A stretch of DNA of 64,000 nt, taken from a virus. Taxonomy: Duplodnaviria > Caudoviricetes. Position 1 is the first letter of the stretch. Each line of letters begins with the position of its first letter. The notes beneath the pieces were generated by a model. The model did no database searches. It saw nothing but the letters and a program-made list of their open reading frames with translations, and was not told the DNA's origin. The translations under genes were made by a program, and so were the position numbers. Where the stretch lies: IMG/VR virus record IMGVR_UViG_3300032007_000037, positions 32,001 through 96,000 of that record, one strand, 5' to 3'. Of this stretch, positions 17,920 through 27,237 are shown piece by piece.

Positions 17920-18152
17920 CCTGCCCCACTTCCTGAACCAGTGCCTGAACCACTTCCACTACCAGATGATACAGAACCCATAATAGCTATGTATTCACTA
18001 TATTTCTTTCCTTTCATAATAATACAACGTCTTTCCTTGTTATAACCACCTTCTGTAAAGGCGGTACAAGTAAAGTACACAGTATCATTATTATAATTGT
18101 TGAGAGCCTTACTCTCAGTAGCTGTTCTTACAAATTTAACTTGACCTGCCAT
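17916..18152 (-). CDS. stand-alone fibre N-terminal module protein with Gly/Ser tail
   Basis: VKFVRT...VYFT...IIMKGKKYS resembles fibre N-termini; ends SGSGSGSGTGSGSGAG. Confidence 0.7.
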   Translation of the reverse strand: MAGQVKFVRTATESKALNNYNNDTVYFTCTAFTEGGYNKERRCIIMKGKKYSEYIAIMGSVSSGSGSGSGTGSGSGAG

Positions 18153-18163
18153 AATATAAACGA

Positions 18164-18331
18164 TTAACTGTATCTTTTACCTCCCATAATAATACAACGC
18201 TTGCTAGTATTATTGGAATCAATAGCAAAATATAATTTATCTGCATTAGCACTTTTAGCACTTTCTGTTAAGGCCGTACTAGTGTATAAATCTTGACCGT
18301 TGTTTGTTCTAATAGGTTTTAGAAATCCCAT
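18164..18331 (-). CDS. 55-aa paralogue of 17916-18152 (below ORF-track cutoff)
   Basis: MGFLKPIRTNNGQDLYTSTALTESAKSANADKLYFAIDSNNTSKRCIIMGGKRYS; promoter just upstream. Confidence 0.7.
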   Translation of the reverse strand: MGFLKPIRTNNGQDLYTSTALTESAKSANADKLYFAIDSNNTSKRCIIMGGKRYS

Positions 18332-18369
18332 AACAATATTATTGTATTTAGAATTGAACTTTTATAGTG

Positions 18370-18377
18370 CAAATGTA
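18370..18377 (-). promoter_or_regulatory. Bacteroidetes-type -7 promoter element
   Basis: TACATTTG on - strand ~40 nt upstream of ATG 18331. Confidence 0.6.
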
Positions 18378-18447
18378 TGGAGATATTATAAATTATTTAA
18401 ATACCTTATTTTCATTATCAGAATTATTAATTTTAAAATTAAGGATA

Positions 18448-19197
18448 TTAATTTACGATTTCCTTGAGTTTATTTTCAAGCTCTATACTCCATCCTTCTA
18501 CACTATTACACATGAATTTTATATTAGGATTATTGATAGCATTATCAAAATCCTTTTCAAATATATCCCTGTTCCATATACCTAATCTAATGGTACTGTC
18601 TAATATAGCTTCTTCATGCTCAAAGAAATTAAAGTATACATCATCAAAAACATAGCTTTCATTAAGCATGTTAAACTTTTTTCTTATCAACTCCATTTTA
18701 CTAAACTCAAAATAACAAGGATAATGAGTAGTATAGTTAATATGAGGACAATTTATACCATCCAATAACTGACGAGTTTTCCATTTATCATACCTCCAAT
18801 AAGATGTAGGAGCGTTCTTGTCTCCAGTAAAGGAGGGGGCGTGGTGGTGGATAGTAATTATATCTTCAAGACAAAAAGGTTTTATAGCATATTCATCATC
18901 AGTTACATAGATAAACCCATCATACGCACTTTCGAATAAATCTGACACAATGTTAAATTTACGCATGATATCCAAATGAGGATTATACTGATTTTCTCTT
19001 ACTTCAGGCATTGGAGAGTAAATAAATGTAACCCAGGGAAATTCCTTTTCCAGAGAATCATCAAACTCACCTATTACTATAAAGAGATAGTCAAATTGGC
19101 AGTATTTTTTCCAGCCTTTAAGTGCAAGTTTAATCTCATTGCCTTGAGATCCACTTTGCTTATAAGGTAAGACAACTAACATTCTATCATTTATCAT
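18448..19197 (-). CDS. Stealth-like / glycosyltransferase-like protein
   Basis: EIKLALKGW...FIVIG...PWV...FIYVTDDEY...THYP parallels Stealth ELRYSLRS...FIYxNDD...HxP. Confidence 0.55.
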   Translation of the reverse strand: MINDRMLVVLPYKQSGSQGNEIKLALKGWKKYCQFDYLFIVIGEFDDSLEKEFPWVTFIYSPMPEVRENQYNPHLDIMRKFNIVSDLFESAYDGFIYVTDDEYAIKPFCLEDIITIHHHAPSFTGDKNAPTSYWRYDKWKTRQLLDGINCPHINYTTHYPCYFEFSKMELIRKKFNMLNESYVFDDVYFNFFEHEEAILDSTIRLGIWNRDIFEKDFDNAINNPNIKFMCNSVEGWSIELENKLKEIVN

Positions 19198-19594
19198 ACA
19201 ATAGTTTCTTTTTGAAATCAGATTCCTTCTGATGCAAATATAGAATTAAGAATAGAAACACACCTGTTATTATCATATATAACATGAATATGCTTCTATT
19301 ACTCAGGGGAATACCAATATAATAATCATAGATGTTCAGCAACCAGTTCAATGTTGTATAGTGTATAAACATTCTATGATACCCACAGAACTTAAATACA
19401 TAGCTTGAGAGATACATAAAAGCCAAGCTTAATATGGATACACTACCTATGTAAGATAACATAGGTACATCTATACCAAAATAAGAAAGAACTGTATTTA
19501 ACAAGGTTATTATGGCAAAAGACATTGGAATAACTTTAATTAAATACAGTTCTAATTTGTATAGGCTTTTATTTACGTTTGATTTTACCTCCAC
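19187..19594 (-). CDS. four-TM membrane protein
   Basis: Four hydrophobic segments. Confidence 0.7.
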   Translation of the reverse strand: MEVKSNVNKSLYKLELYLIKVIPMSFAIITLLNTVLSYFGIDVPMLSYIGSVSILSLAFMYLSSYVFKFCGYHRMFIHYTTLNWLLNIYDYYIGIPLSNRSIFMLYMIITGVFLFLILYLHQKESDFKKKLLYDK

Positions 19595-19700
19595 AGCTGT
19601 ATCTCCTCGCTCTGTTCTTAGTAAAACTTGCCTTTGATGTTAATGGCTTTGGTCTGCCTGAGGCTCCACCATAAGCTCTTTTAGACGGTGTTTTTGGCAT
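19569..19700 (-). CDS. 43-aa highly basic peptide
   Basis: MPKTPSKRAYGG...RYSCGGKIKRK; 14 K/R, no D/E. Confidence 0.55.
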   Translation of the reverse strand: MPKTPSKRAYGGASGRPKPLTSKASFTKNRARRYSCGGKIKRK

Positions 19701-20025
19701 ATTTACGAGTTTTAAGTTTCTTCTGTTCCTTTTCAAATTTGATTTTTCTGATGCAGTCATCAAGCTCATCTTTATACCAAACAAGTTCTTTGTAACCCTT
19801 ACGCTTCTTCCCTTTGGGAAATCTTCCATATCTGACATAAGAATCAAACTTACTTCTAGACATATTAAGGTATATCAAGACTTGTTCTTTACTCATTCTC
19901 TCATGAGCTACAGCTCTTAGGATACCAATTGCCTCATCTTCACTGATATTGGTATTACCACTATCAATCTTATCGGCAAATTCCCTTAATAGCTTTGCTA
20001 CTTGTCTCTTAACTACATCTATCAT
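19681..20025 (-). CDS. excisionase/AlpA-like winged HTH DNA-binding protein
   Basis: MSKEQVLIYLNMSRSKFDSYVRYGRFPKG...LVWYKDELD; TACTTTTG promoter at 20045-20052. Confidence 0.7.
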   Translation of the reverse strand: MIDVVKRQVAKLLREFADKIDSGNTNISEDEAIGILRAVAHERMSKEQVLIYLNMSRSKFDSYVRYGRFPKGKKRKGYKELVWYKDELDDCIRKIKFEKEQKKLKTRKYAKNTV

Positions 20026-20157
20026 AACTTACTCTTCTTTGAAACAAAAGTATAGATTAATAATATATTACTTCTCTCTATTAAATTGATATTCAATTTT
20101 TATTAAAATTGTATTTAGATTTAACACTCCATTAACCACTTCTCGGTATAGAACCAA

Positions 20158-20463
20158 TCATAAGGTTTCATTAAACTTTTCTACAACTTCTTCTTGAACC
20201 TCAGGAAGAATATGTTCCTCTTGTTCATCATCTACAGGAAAAGCCTTGAGAATTTCTATTTCCTCTTCAATTTCATTAATCCTATCTCTTTTAGCTTGAT
20301 TTTCTGTATAAAGCCCAAGAGGGTCATAAGGAAGAGGTTTATTAGCTCTTTCTGCTTCACCGTTCTTTACATTCTTGTAATCATTACTCTTTAGTTCCGA
20401 TTCAAGATTATTCATCTCTATGTAGAGCAAGTTAAGCTGCTCTTGCTGTTCTTCTCTTGTCAT
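20158..20463 (-). CDS. tail-fibre-associated small coiled-coil protein
   Basis: LKSNDYK..K..E....PYD......Q..RDRINEIE pattern; overlaps RT 3' end. Confidence 0.55.
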   Translation of the reverse strand: MTREEQQEQLNLLYIEMNNLESELKSNDYKNVKNGEAERANKPLPYDPLGLYTENQAKRDRINEIEEEIEILKAFPVDDEQEEHILPEVQEEVVEKFNETL

Positions 20464-21673
20464 ATTTTTTCAATTTTAAATTATACTTTCTGTTCAATCT
20501 ATCATTAACTGAAAAACCTTTTCTATAACCAAGGCATAATCTTCTTCTATTAAAATATACAAATTTCCACCAGTCTTTTGCTATTAAGTTCTTTAATTTA
20601 ATTAGTCTTTTATAATCTGTCCTATTTTTAAGTAAACCTGAATATGAATTAAAAGACGCTACAAGTGCATCTATGTCTCTATATTTTTGTGTATTTAATG
20701 TTTGGATCTTCTTTATAGCTCTATTATAAGTAACATTATTTAGATGTATTCTATACGGTTTTATATGACTGCCCAGAAATTCTAAACCATATTGATAAGG
20801 TTGGTCATAGAACTTCTTTTCATTAAGTTTAACATTTCTGTCTGCTAATCGAGTTCTAAGTTCAGGTAGTAAACTAAGAGCATACTGATGTTGTTCTTCA
20901 GGTACTATCATAACTATATCATCTACAAAACAAACAAGTTTGATTTTACAATCATCAGTAAGCCATTCAATAATATCATTAATGTATAAACACATGGATG
21001 TCTGCCATATAAGTCTGCCTATAGCAGCCCCAATACCTTCAGGTTTATCAAGAATAGATTTTTCAGGTTTAATGTGTTCTTTCCATAATTGTTTAGGGGT
21101 TCTTAATTCACAATTACCCGCTGGATTACAATGAAGGGCAATCATAGTAAGCCATTTAAAATACGGTTTTTCTGAATCTGGAAAATATATAATCTTATAA
21201 TGATCTATTACTTTATTTATAACAGTTTCAGCATAATTCCACAAAGCATTAGGAAAATAACCGCTAAAATCTATTTTAATACATCTTGTAGGTTTTGTAT
21301 AACCCCAGGATACTTCATTTATATGTTCTATAAGTTGATTTATAGCAGCCATTAAGCCTTTACCAACTCTATTATTAAAAGTATAAGGAGAGAGTAGTTT
21401 GTCTGCTGCTGGAATAAGTCTATCACATATTTCATGGTCAATCTTTCTCCCTTCAAATTCAGTAGCCATGATTTCTCTCCAAGTAGGAATAGAAACAAGG
21501 AAGGCATAATTATGTTTTATCCTTAAAGTCCTATTTAATCTAGCATACATTCCTCTAATTGTAAGGGCTATGATATTATTCTCATAAGCAAGACTATCGC
21601 CACCCCTACGTTTATTCTTCTGAGTGCTAAATACAAGTTCCATTTGTTTAATAAAGAACTCTTCTTCAGACAT
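20432..21673 (-). CDS. brt: DGR reverse transcriptase (start at MSEEEFF, ATG 21673)
   Basis: WREIMAT..GRKIDH; NNRVGKG; KIDFSGYF; GAAIGRLIWQ; CFVDDIV; LNEKK; LEFLG; lies directly downstream of TR. Confidence 0.93.
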   Translation of the reverse strand: MSEEEFFIKQMELVFSTQKNKRRGGDSLAYENNIIALTIRGMYARLNRTLRIKHNYAFLVSIPTWREIMATEFEGRKIDHEICDRLIPAADKLLSPYTFNNRVGKGLMAAINQLIEHINEVSWGYTKPTRCIKIDFSGYFPNALWNYAETVINKVIDHYKIIYFPDSEKPYFKWLTMIALHCNPAGNCELRTPKQLWKEHIKPEKSILDKPEGIGAAIGRLIWQTSMCLYINDIIEWLTDDCKIKLVCFVDDIVMIVPEEQHQYALSLLPELRTRLADRNVKLNEKKFYDQPYQYGLEFLGSHIKPYRIHLNNVTYNRAIKKIQTLNTQKYRDIDALVASFNSYSGLLKNRTDYKRLIKLKNLIAKDWWKFVYFNRRRLCLGYRKGFSVNDRLNRKYNLKLKKYDKRRTARAA

Positions 21674-21694
21674 ATTATATTCTTCAAACAAATT

Positions 21695-21791
21695 CGCCAC
21701 TGCAACACACTGATTACTATTGTTCACGTTGTTGTTGTTCAAATTACCATTGTTACCATTGAAATTCCAAGCATTATTCACGTCATACCTC
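21695..21791 (-). repeat. DGR template repeat (TR), 97 bp
   Basis: Ungapped match to VR 22419-22515 with 16 mismatches, all at TR adenines; 14 AAY codons in the VR frame. Confidence 0.97.
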
Positions 21792-21855
21792 GTGGTTGGT
21801 ACTTTAATATTAATACTATAAATGATAGTAGTACCTCCTTTTGTTCTTAGATATA

Positions 21856-22329
21856 CTACCGTTGAACTTCTGGCAATAGTGTTGCTGACCTTTCAACAGA
21901 CATGATGTCTAAGACCTTTACAGATTTACGCCATTTTATTATGCCTTCCTCTATTTTCTCCATACTTTGAGCAATAGCTAATTTAGTTTTATCACTAAAA
22001 AGATGAAGTTGATGGCTACAACAACCATCACTTTTCTTCATAGTATCAAGGTCTACTTTCATGAGACGTTTAAAAGCAGATTGAAGCCTACCATAAGCAC
22101 CAAGCATTTGTGCAATATAAAACTTCTTCTCCTTACCTTCATTTGGACCTAGTTCATAAGCTATTGTAAAATAATGAATAATGTCATACGCTGCATCTTC
22201 CATTCTTACAGCAGCTCCATGAATACGTCTAATTTTAGGCATTCTCATAAATGCAGGTTCAAAAGCATCAAGTAAATTTTCAATATCTACTAGGATACTT
22301 CCCTTATCATTCTTAGCTTTATTACTCAT
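21856..22329 (-). CDS. avd: DGR accessory variability determinant (four-helix bundle)
   Basis: 157 aa, helical, MPK..R and C-terminal IEEGIIKWRKS; lies between VR and TR. Confidence 0.8.
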   Translation of the reverse strand: MSNKAKNDKGSILVDIENLLDAFEPAFMRMPKIRRIHGAAVRMEDAAYDIIHYFTIAYELGPNEGKEKKFYIAQMLGAYGRLQSAFKRLMKVDLDTMKKSDGCCSHQLHLFSDKTKLAIAQSMEKIEEGIIKWRKSVKVLDIMSVERSATLLPEVQR

Positions 22330-22359
22330 ACGTTATACTTCTTTTATTATTGCAATTTT

Positions 22360-22395
22360 GCTCCCTAGTCGCCCTTCGGGACGACATAGGGAAGC
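22360..22395 (-). promoter_or_regulatory. DGR homing hairpin downstream of IMH
   Basis: - strand GCTTCCCTA-TGTCG-T-CCC-GAA-GGG-CGAC-TAGGGAGC; GC-rich bulged stem with GAA loop 8 nt after the target stop. Confidence 0.75.
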
Positions 22396-22403
22396 ATTAA
22401 GAA

Positions 22404-23699
22404 TTAGTGTTTTAAAAGCGCCACTGCAACACACTGACTACTAAAGTACACGCTGTAGCTGTTCAAACTACCATTGGAACCATGGAAAACCCAAGCAAAA
22501 TTCACGCCATACCTCTGTGCAAACCATCTATAAGTATTGTTTCCAAGAGCACTATAACCTGCTTTAGTCTGACACTGGTCAATCTTAGATAGGTTCTCAT
22601 CTTTATGTATAATAAGACCTTCTCTTACATCCCATAAATGCCAATCTCCTTTACTAAGACCAGTAATGTTCAAATCAAGTTCATAAGCCCAGTTCAATGC
22701 AGTATATCGTGGAATAGAATTAACTTTCATTGGGCCATATTCTACTGTAAGTTTTGCTCCATTAGGTAAACCAAAACATCCAAATTCCTGTTTTGCATCT
22801 ATACCAAACTCACCTTTAAGATAGTTCTCATAAGTTGTATAAGCTTTTCTTAAATTATAACAATAGTTTGAATTATTAAATGCGGTTTCTGTAACTGGAT
22901 TTGTATTTCCTGCTTCACTACCAACAGCAATATTAGAATCTGGTGTTCTTCCATTTGTAGACCAATAAGCTTTTCCCCTGGATATATTCATAAGACCTCT
23001 ATAATTGGTAGTCTTATTGTTCACCTTCATATACCAGTTACTCTCAGGCATTCCTTTCCAACTATTGTGCGTACAACCTTCACAGATGTAAAATCTGTAA
23101 TCATCACAAGCTGTCCTATTGATAAAAAGATAATAATGTCCACCACTATAGCTGGCTGATACAGACCATTGACTTGTCTGTTCTGGTGCATTTGCTTGTA
23201 ACCATGTTTGCAGAGCTGTCTCAAGTGCACTTCTTGCTGCGTAATAATCTCTAGTAGATTCAAATGTTATTGATTGTGTTGTATCCCAATTAGGTACACC
23301 AAATCTCAAACCTATTGTCTTTGAGAAGGTGGCATGAGTTTCATCGTTTATTTCGGCAGTTATATCTACAACGTATTCACATACACCTAGGAATTTCTTG
23401 CTAGGCATAGATACACCATAACCTATAAGTATTCCATCTTCTCTGTTCTCAATAACAAAACCAATATATGACCAAGTATTAGGTATAGCGGAAGATTTTA
23501 ATGTCTCCATTTTAATATAGATAACATTATCATCTCCATCTGAATATACAGCATCACCTAACACTGGTTCTTTTATTATAACATTTATACCATCATTCTT
23601 TACAATGTTACCTGCTTCGATCAAGGAAACAGTAGACTCCTCTGTGCTTAGTGTAGCATTGTTATAATCATTTATGGTTTGAAATTTTCTTATTGCCAT
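22404..23699 (-). CDS. DGR target protein (receptor-binding tail-fibre tip, probable C-type lectin fold)
   Basis: C-terminal VR RYGVNFAWVFHGSNGSLNSYSVYFSSQCVAVA; follows the fibre genes. Confidence 0.9.
   Translation of the reverse strand: MAIRKFQTINDYNNATLSTEESTVSLIEAGNIVKNDGINVIIKEPVLGDAVYSDGDDNVIYIKMETLKSSAIPNTWSYIGFVIENREDGILIGYGVSMPSKKFLGVCEYVVDITAEINDETHATFSKTIGLRFGVPNWDTTQSITFESTRDYYAARSALETALQTWLQANAPEQTSQWSVSASYSGGHYYLFINRTACDDYRFYICEGCTHNSWKGMPESNWYMKVNNKTTNYRGLMNISRGKAYWSTNGRTPDSNIAVGSEAGNTNPVTETAFNNSNYCYNLRKAYTTYENYLKGEFGIDAKQEFGCFGLPNGAKLTVEYGPMKVNSIPRYTALNWAYELDLNITGLSKGDWHLWDVREGLIIHKDENLSKIDQCQTKAGYSALGNNTYRWFAQRYGVNFAWVFHGSNGSLNSYSVYFSSQCVAVALLKH
22419..22515 (-). repeat. 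DGR variable repeat (VR)
   Basis: 81/97 identical to TR; invariant 3' end GTGTGTTGCAGTGGCG. Confidence 0.97.
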
Positions 23700-23720
23700 A
23701 ATAGTATATCTTTAATCCGT

Positions 23721-25745
23721 TTATGCTATCTGTTTCCAATCACTTGTACTATTTGTTACTGCTGTGGATACCCATACATGACCAGTACTTGCATCCATTC
23801 TTATAAGACCTTTGCTCAGTGGCACATAATCAGGAGCACCACTAGTTAAGTCAAACATCTTCTGTCCCTTTATGGTATATCCGTAGTCAGTATCCACCCA
23901 TTTAGGAGCTTCATCAAGTCTTTTCTTAAGACCATCCATATCAGCCCTAAGCTGAAGAAGTGCTTCTGCTATAACTTCTCTATCTAAGTCTAAACTAGGC
24001 TTTCCAGTTATATTATCCCATGCAACTGCTCCCGCAGTAGTTGCATAAAGAACACTTTTAGCAACATCAGCAGCTACGGCTCTCCATCGTATATCCATCA
24101 ATGGTGCAGCAGTAATTATCTCATCAGTATTATCAGGTAATACACTTATTACACCACCTTCCTCAACTGGAATATTTGGCAATATACCATCTGGCTCTTC
24201 AAGAATATAATATTCAGGTGTTGCAAGTTCGTAGTAGAGCATGACACCTTGCATTGCGGCTTTGAAAGTAGTAGCATCGGTATAGTCTGTGTCATAGACA
24301 AGAATTTTATTTTCAGAGTTCGATATGACTATTCCAACTTCATCACCAAGCCAAGTACTATTTGGTGTAGTGGCTATATACTTTGCACATATAATATTAG
24401 CTGTTGAGGTTGTTGTAGCAGCTCTTTTTGCTCCCGAAACCAATGCCTCAAACCTATATGATGAGGTAGTGTTTATATTCACCCACGTCAAACTCCCCAA
24501 ATCCACTCTACTAAACCTCTTAACACCAATCTTAACATTACCCAAAGACAACACTTCATCATAGATACCATTAAATCCATTCATACCATTGTCAAACGGA
24601 TAAACAAGGCTACCTACACCATTGAGTTTACCTCTTAATTGAGTAACATTAAAATTGGTTGTACCTCCATTATAGGGTTTATATGTTCCATTACGAGATG
24701 GGTCTGAAATATTGATGTTAATATTCCCAGAGGGGGATGCTGATGAGATTCTAAAATACGCTGCGTTAGATGGTGAATGATGAACATAATTTGGAATAGA
24801 ACCTCTATAAGTACCTGAAATAAAGTTCTTATTAGAGTCATACCAACAAATAACAACACCATATGATTCTTCAATACTGCCACCATAACCTAAATAATAG
24901 TCAGTATTCGGAATACAAGGAAAGTATACGTAAGAGCATCTTCTATTTTCAGTAGTTTGCTCTGACCCATTCGGTTGTCTATATTTGCCAAGAATCAATG
25001 TACTTTCGTCAAACAAATTAAACCCAACACTCTTAATACCAGTCATTTTTACTGGAGTAATAGTACCTTCACTATATGGTAAATTAACATTACCTAACTG
25101 AGCAAGGTAAGCCTCTGCCTCTTCTACTGATGTAGGTTCGTTACCCTCACCAAAGATTTCGGTAAGGTCAATGAGCATAAAGTCTTTAAACGTAGTTCCA
25201 GTATAAGAAGATGCTTCAGTATCGTCTAACACTAAACCATCAGACGTGTTTGTTATAAGCCAACTGTTTTTTCCATTAACAAGTGTTTTAACATTGCTAT
25301 AAGAGTTAGGAAAACCATATTTTGTTGTAATACCTGATGGAACGGTGCAAATAACAGATAAATAATATTTATGATTAACTATCGGGGGTTCTGCATTAAA
25401 TAAAAAATATGTGTCAGCTCCAGTAGTATTGACCGTGAAAACACCATTATTCAAAGTAACATTATGTGTGTTTGAAGAGTTCCAATCGCTTAACTTTGTT
25501 TTCTGATTCCACTTAATAGTGTTACCACGCAACCTTGTCAATGCTGCTAAACCATCTGTAACACCATTAGGTACAATAGCGTTCATAGACTTAACTTCTA
25601 TGGGGTCTACACCATCTTCTCCACCATACTCTTTTCCGTTAGTAACAATCTTCTTGCTATCTGTTGGAAAGAAAATTTTGTTAGGATTTGTGCTAGCTTT
25701 AGCTTGAGCTAAAGTGCTAGTTTTATTAAATTTTACATATGCCAT
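23721..25745 (-). CDS. tail fibre protein with carbohydrate-binding-like beta domains
   Basis: Shared N-terminal module; FMLIDLTEIFG, YYELATP motifs; C-terminal coiled coil. Confidence 0.75.
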   Translation of the reverse strand: MAYVKFNKTSTLAQAKASTNPNKIFFPTDSKKIVTNGKEYGGEDGVDPIEVKSMNAIVPNGVTDGLAALTRLRGNTIKWNQKTKLSDWNSSNTHNVTLNNGVFTVNTTGADTYFLFNAEPPIVNHKYYLSVICTVPSGITTKYGFPNSYSNVKTLVNGKNSWLITNTSDGLVLDDTEASSYTGTTFKDFMLIDLTEIFGEGNEPTSVEEAEAYLAQLGNVNLPYSEGTITPVKMTGIKSVGFNLFDESTLILGKYRQPNGSEQTTENRRCSYVYFPCIPNTDYYLGYGGSIEESYGVVICWYDSNKNFISGTYRGSIPNYVHHSPSNAAYFRISSASPSGNININISDPSRNGTYKPYNGGTTNFNVTQLRGKLNGVGSLVYPFDNGMNGFNGIYDEVLSLGNVKIGVKRFSRVDLGSLTWVNINTTSSYRFEALVSGAKRAATTTSTANIICAKYIATTPNSTWLGDEVGIVISNSENKILVYDTDYTDATTFKAAMQGVMLYYELATPEYYILEEPDGILPNIPVEEGGVISVLPDNTDEIITAAPLMDIRWRAVAADVAKSVLYATTAGAVAWDNITGKPSLDLDREVIAEALLQLRADMDGLKKRLDEAPKWVDTDYGYTIKGQKMFDLTSGAPDYVPLSKGLIRMDASTGHVWVSTAVTNSTSDWKQIA

Positions 25746-25828
25746 GTCTTAATGAATTTAAATATTATTATTAAGATAAAGGGAAGAGGTATTATCCCCT
25801 TCCCTCTGTGGTTTCTGTATTTATAAGA

Positions 25829-27157
25829 TTATTCCCACTCTAATGCTGCAAGCATATCAGGAGTCATTAGACCATTAGCTGAAGAATTAACTACAGCAGT
25901 TGAAGCAGCACCAATATTGGTTCTAGCATTACCCTGTTGTGCAGTAGATAAACCTTGACTAGCAGAAGTACTTACTACAGCAGTACCTGGGGTAATATTA
26001 GCATCGAACTGAACACCGTGACCATCTTTCACAGTAACTTTCATATCCCCACCAATGAAGTATATGTCAGCACCACTAGACTCAGTAAAATAAATCTTCT
26101 TATTGGTAGTATCAGCTACGGGAGACACAGTGTTAGCAAAATTAGCATCAGCAGGTACAGACTTACCAAGAGTTTTTCCACTATCAGACAAGTTACCGCT
26201 AGCATCAAGTGTAGCTACATTACCAGCAGCAGCAGGAACTGCCTTATTAGCTTTACCACTAATATCCTGATGAGCTACAAGAACTTCCTGAGAAGTACCA
26301 CTCTTAAGAGTAATATTCTTCTTAGTAGAATCTCCGCTAACATCTGCAATAGATATTTCAGCCCTATTAACTTTATCAGCCTGTAAGGTCTGAATAGCAG
26401 ATGCATTAGCAGCACCCTTAGAACCTTCATATGCAGTACCTTGTGTCTCACCAAGAGCTAGAGAAGCAGAAATTTCTGCCATGTCAGTACCCCCCCAACG
26501 ATATGTCTTAGAGTTAGAAAGATTTACATAAATCTTACCACCTACAGGGTCAGTACCTGGTCCCCAAGTATTAGTAGCAGTAGCATAATGTAGTTTCTTT
26601 GTAGATGTATTATAATAGTAATCACCTGCAACACAACTTGCAGGAGCTGTATCAGTGAAATTCAGACACTCAATTACATCATCTACATAAGAAGGTAACT
26701 GAGAAGCAGGAACCTTACCATCACTACCTAGGCTCGCAACACCATTGTTAGCACCCTTTTCTGTAGCAGAAATAAAATCACTAGCCTTCTTACCACTATC
26801 AGTTAAGTTACCATTACTATCAAGACCTGCAAAGTTTCCATTGGTAGCACCGCTTACCTTATCAGCCTTACCACTGATGTCTTGATGAGAAGTAATAACG
26901 TCTTTAACAGCTACATCAACACCATCAACATTAATAGTACCAGAAGTCGTACCTATCTTAACTCGTTTAACACCAGTATAGTCTTTACCATTGACAAGAA
27001 TTCTAGTATTAATATTTACTGTATCTTTCTGAGCATCAGTCATCTCAGAAGTATCAGTTCCATTCTCAAGATAGAATACCTTATCTACTTTTTCAGCAGC
27101 ACTAAGTGCATCATACTGAGCTTTACTTTTACTCTTTACAAATTTTACAAAACTCAT
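25829..27157 (-). CDS. tail fibre protein
   Basis: HQDISGKA repeats, GNLTDSGK, GKVPASQLPSYVDDV, GNARTNIGA. Confidence 0.8.
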   Translation of the reverse strand: MSFVKFVKSKSKAQYDALSAAEKVDKVFYLENGTDTSEMTDAQKDTVNINTRILVNGKDYTGVKRVKIGTTSGTINVDGVDVAVKDVITSHQDISGKADKVSGATNGNFAGLDSNGNLTDSGKKASDFISATEKGANNGVASLGSDGKVPASQLPSYVDDVIECLNFTDTAPASCVAGDYYYNTSTKKLHYATATNTWGPGTDPVGGKIYVNLSNSKTYRWGGTDMAEISASLALGETQGTAYEGSKGAANASAIQTLQADKVNRAEISIADVSGDSTKKNITLKSGTSQEVLVAHQDISGKANKAVPAAAGNVATLDASGNLSDSGKTLGKSVPADANFANTVSPVADTTNKKIYFTESSGADIYFIGGDMKVTVKDGHGVQFDANITPGTAVVSTSASQGLSTAQQGNARTNIGAASTAVVNSSANGLMTPDMLAALEWE

Positions 27158-27203
27158 AACTTTTCAAATTTAAATTGTTTATAAAATGTTAATTCTTATA
27201 AAG

Positions 27204-27222
27204 AGGCAGGGAGTTTCCCTGC
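27204..27222 (-). terminator. hairpin/terminator between fibre genes
   Basis: GGCAGGGA-GTT-TCCCTGCC. Confidence 0.5.
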
Positions 27223-27237
27223 CCCATTGATTATATA

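Noticed and set aside
20432-21673. Group II intron or retron RT
   Set aside because: No YADD/domain X or VTG motif; TR/VR and Avd identify a DGR.
21674-21781. Asn-rich N-terminal extension of the RT in the ORF track
   Set aside because: It is the TR read in frame; the likely start is ATG 21673.
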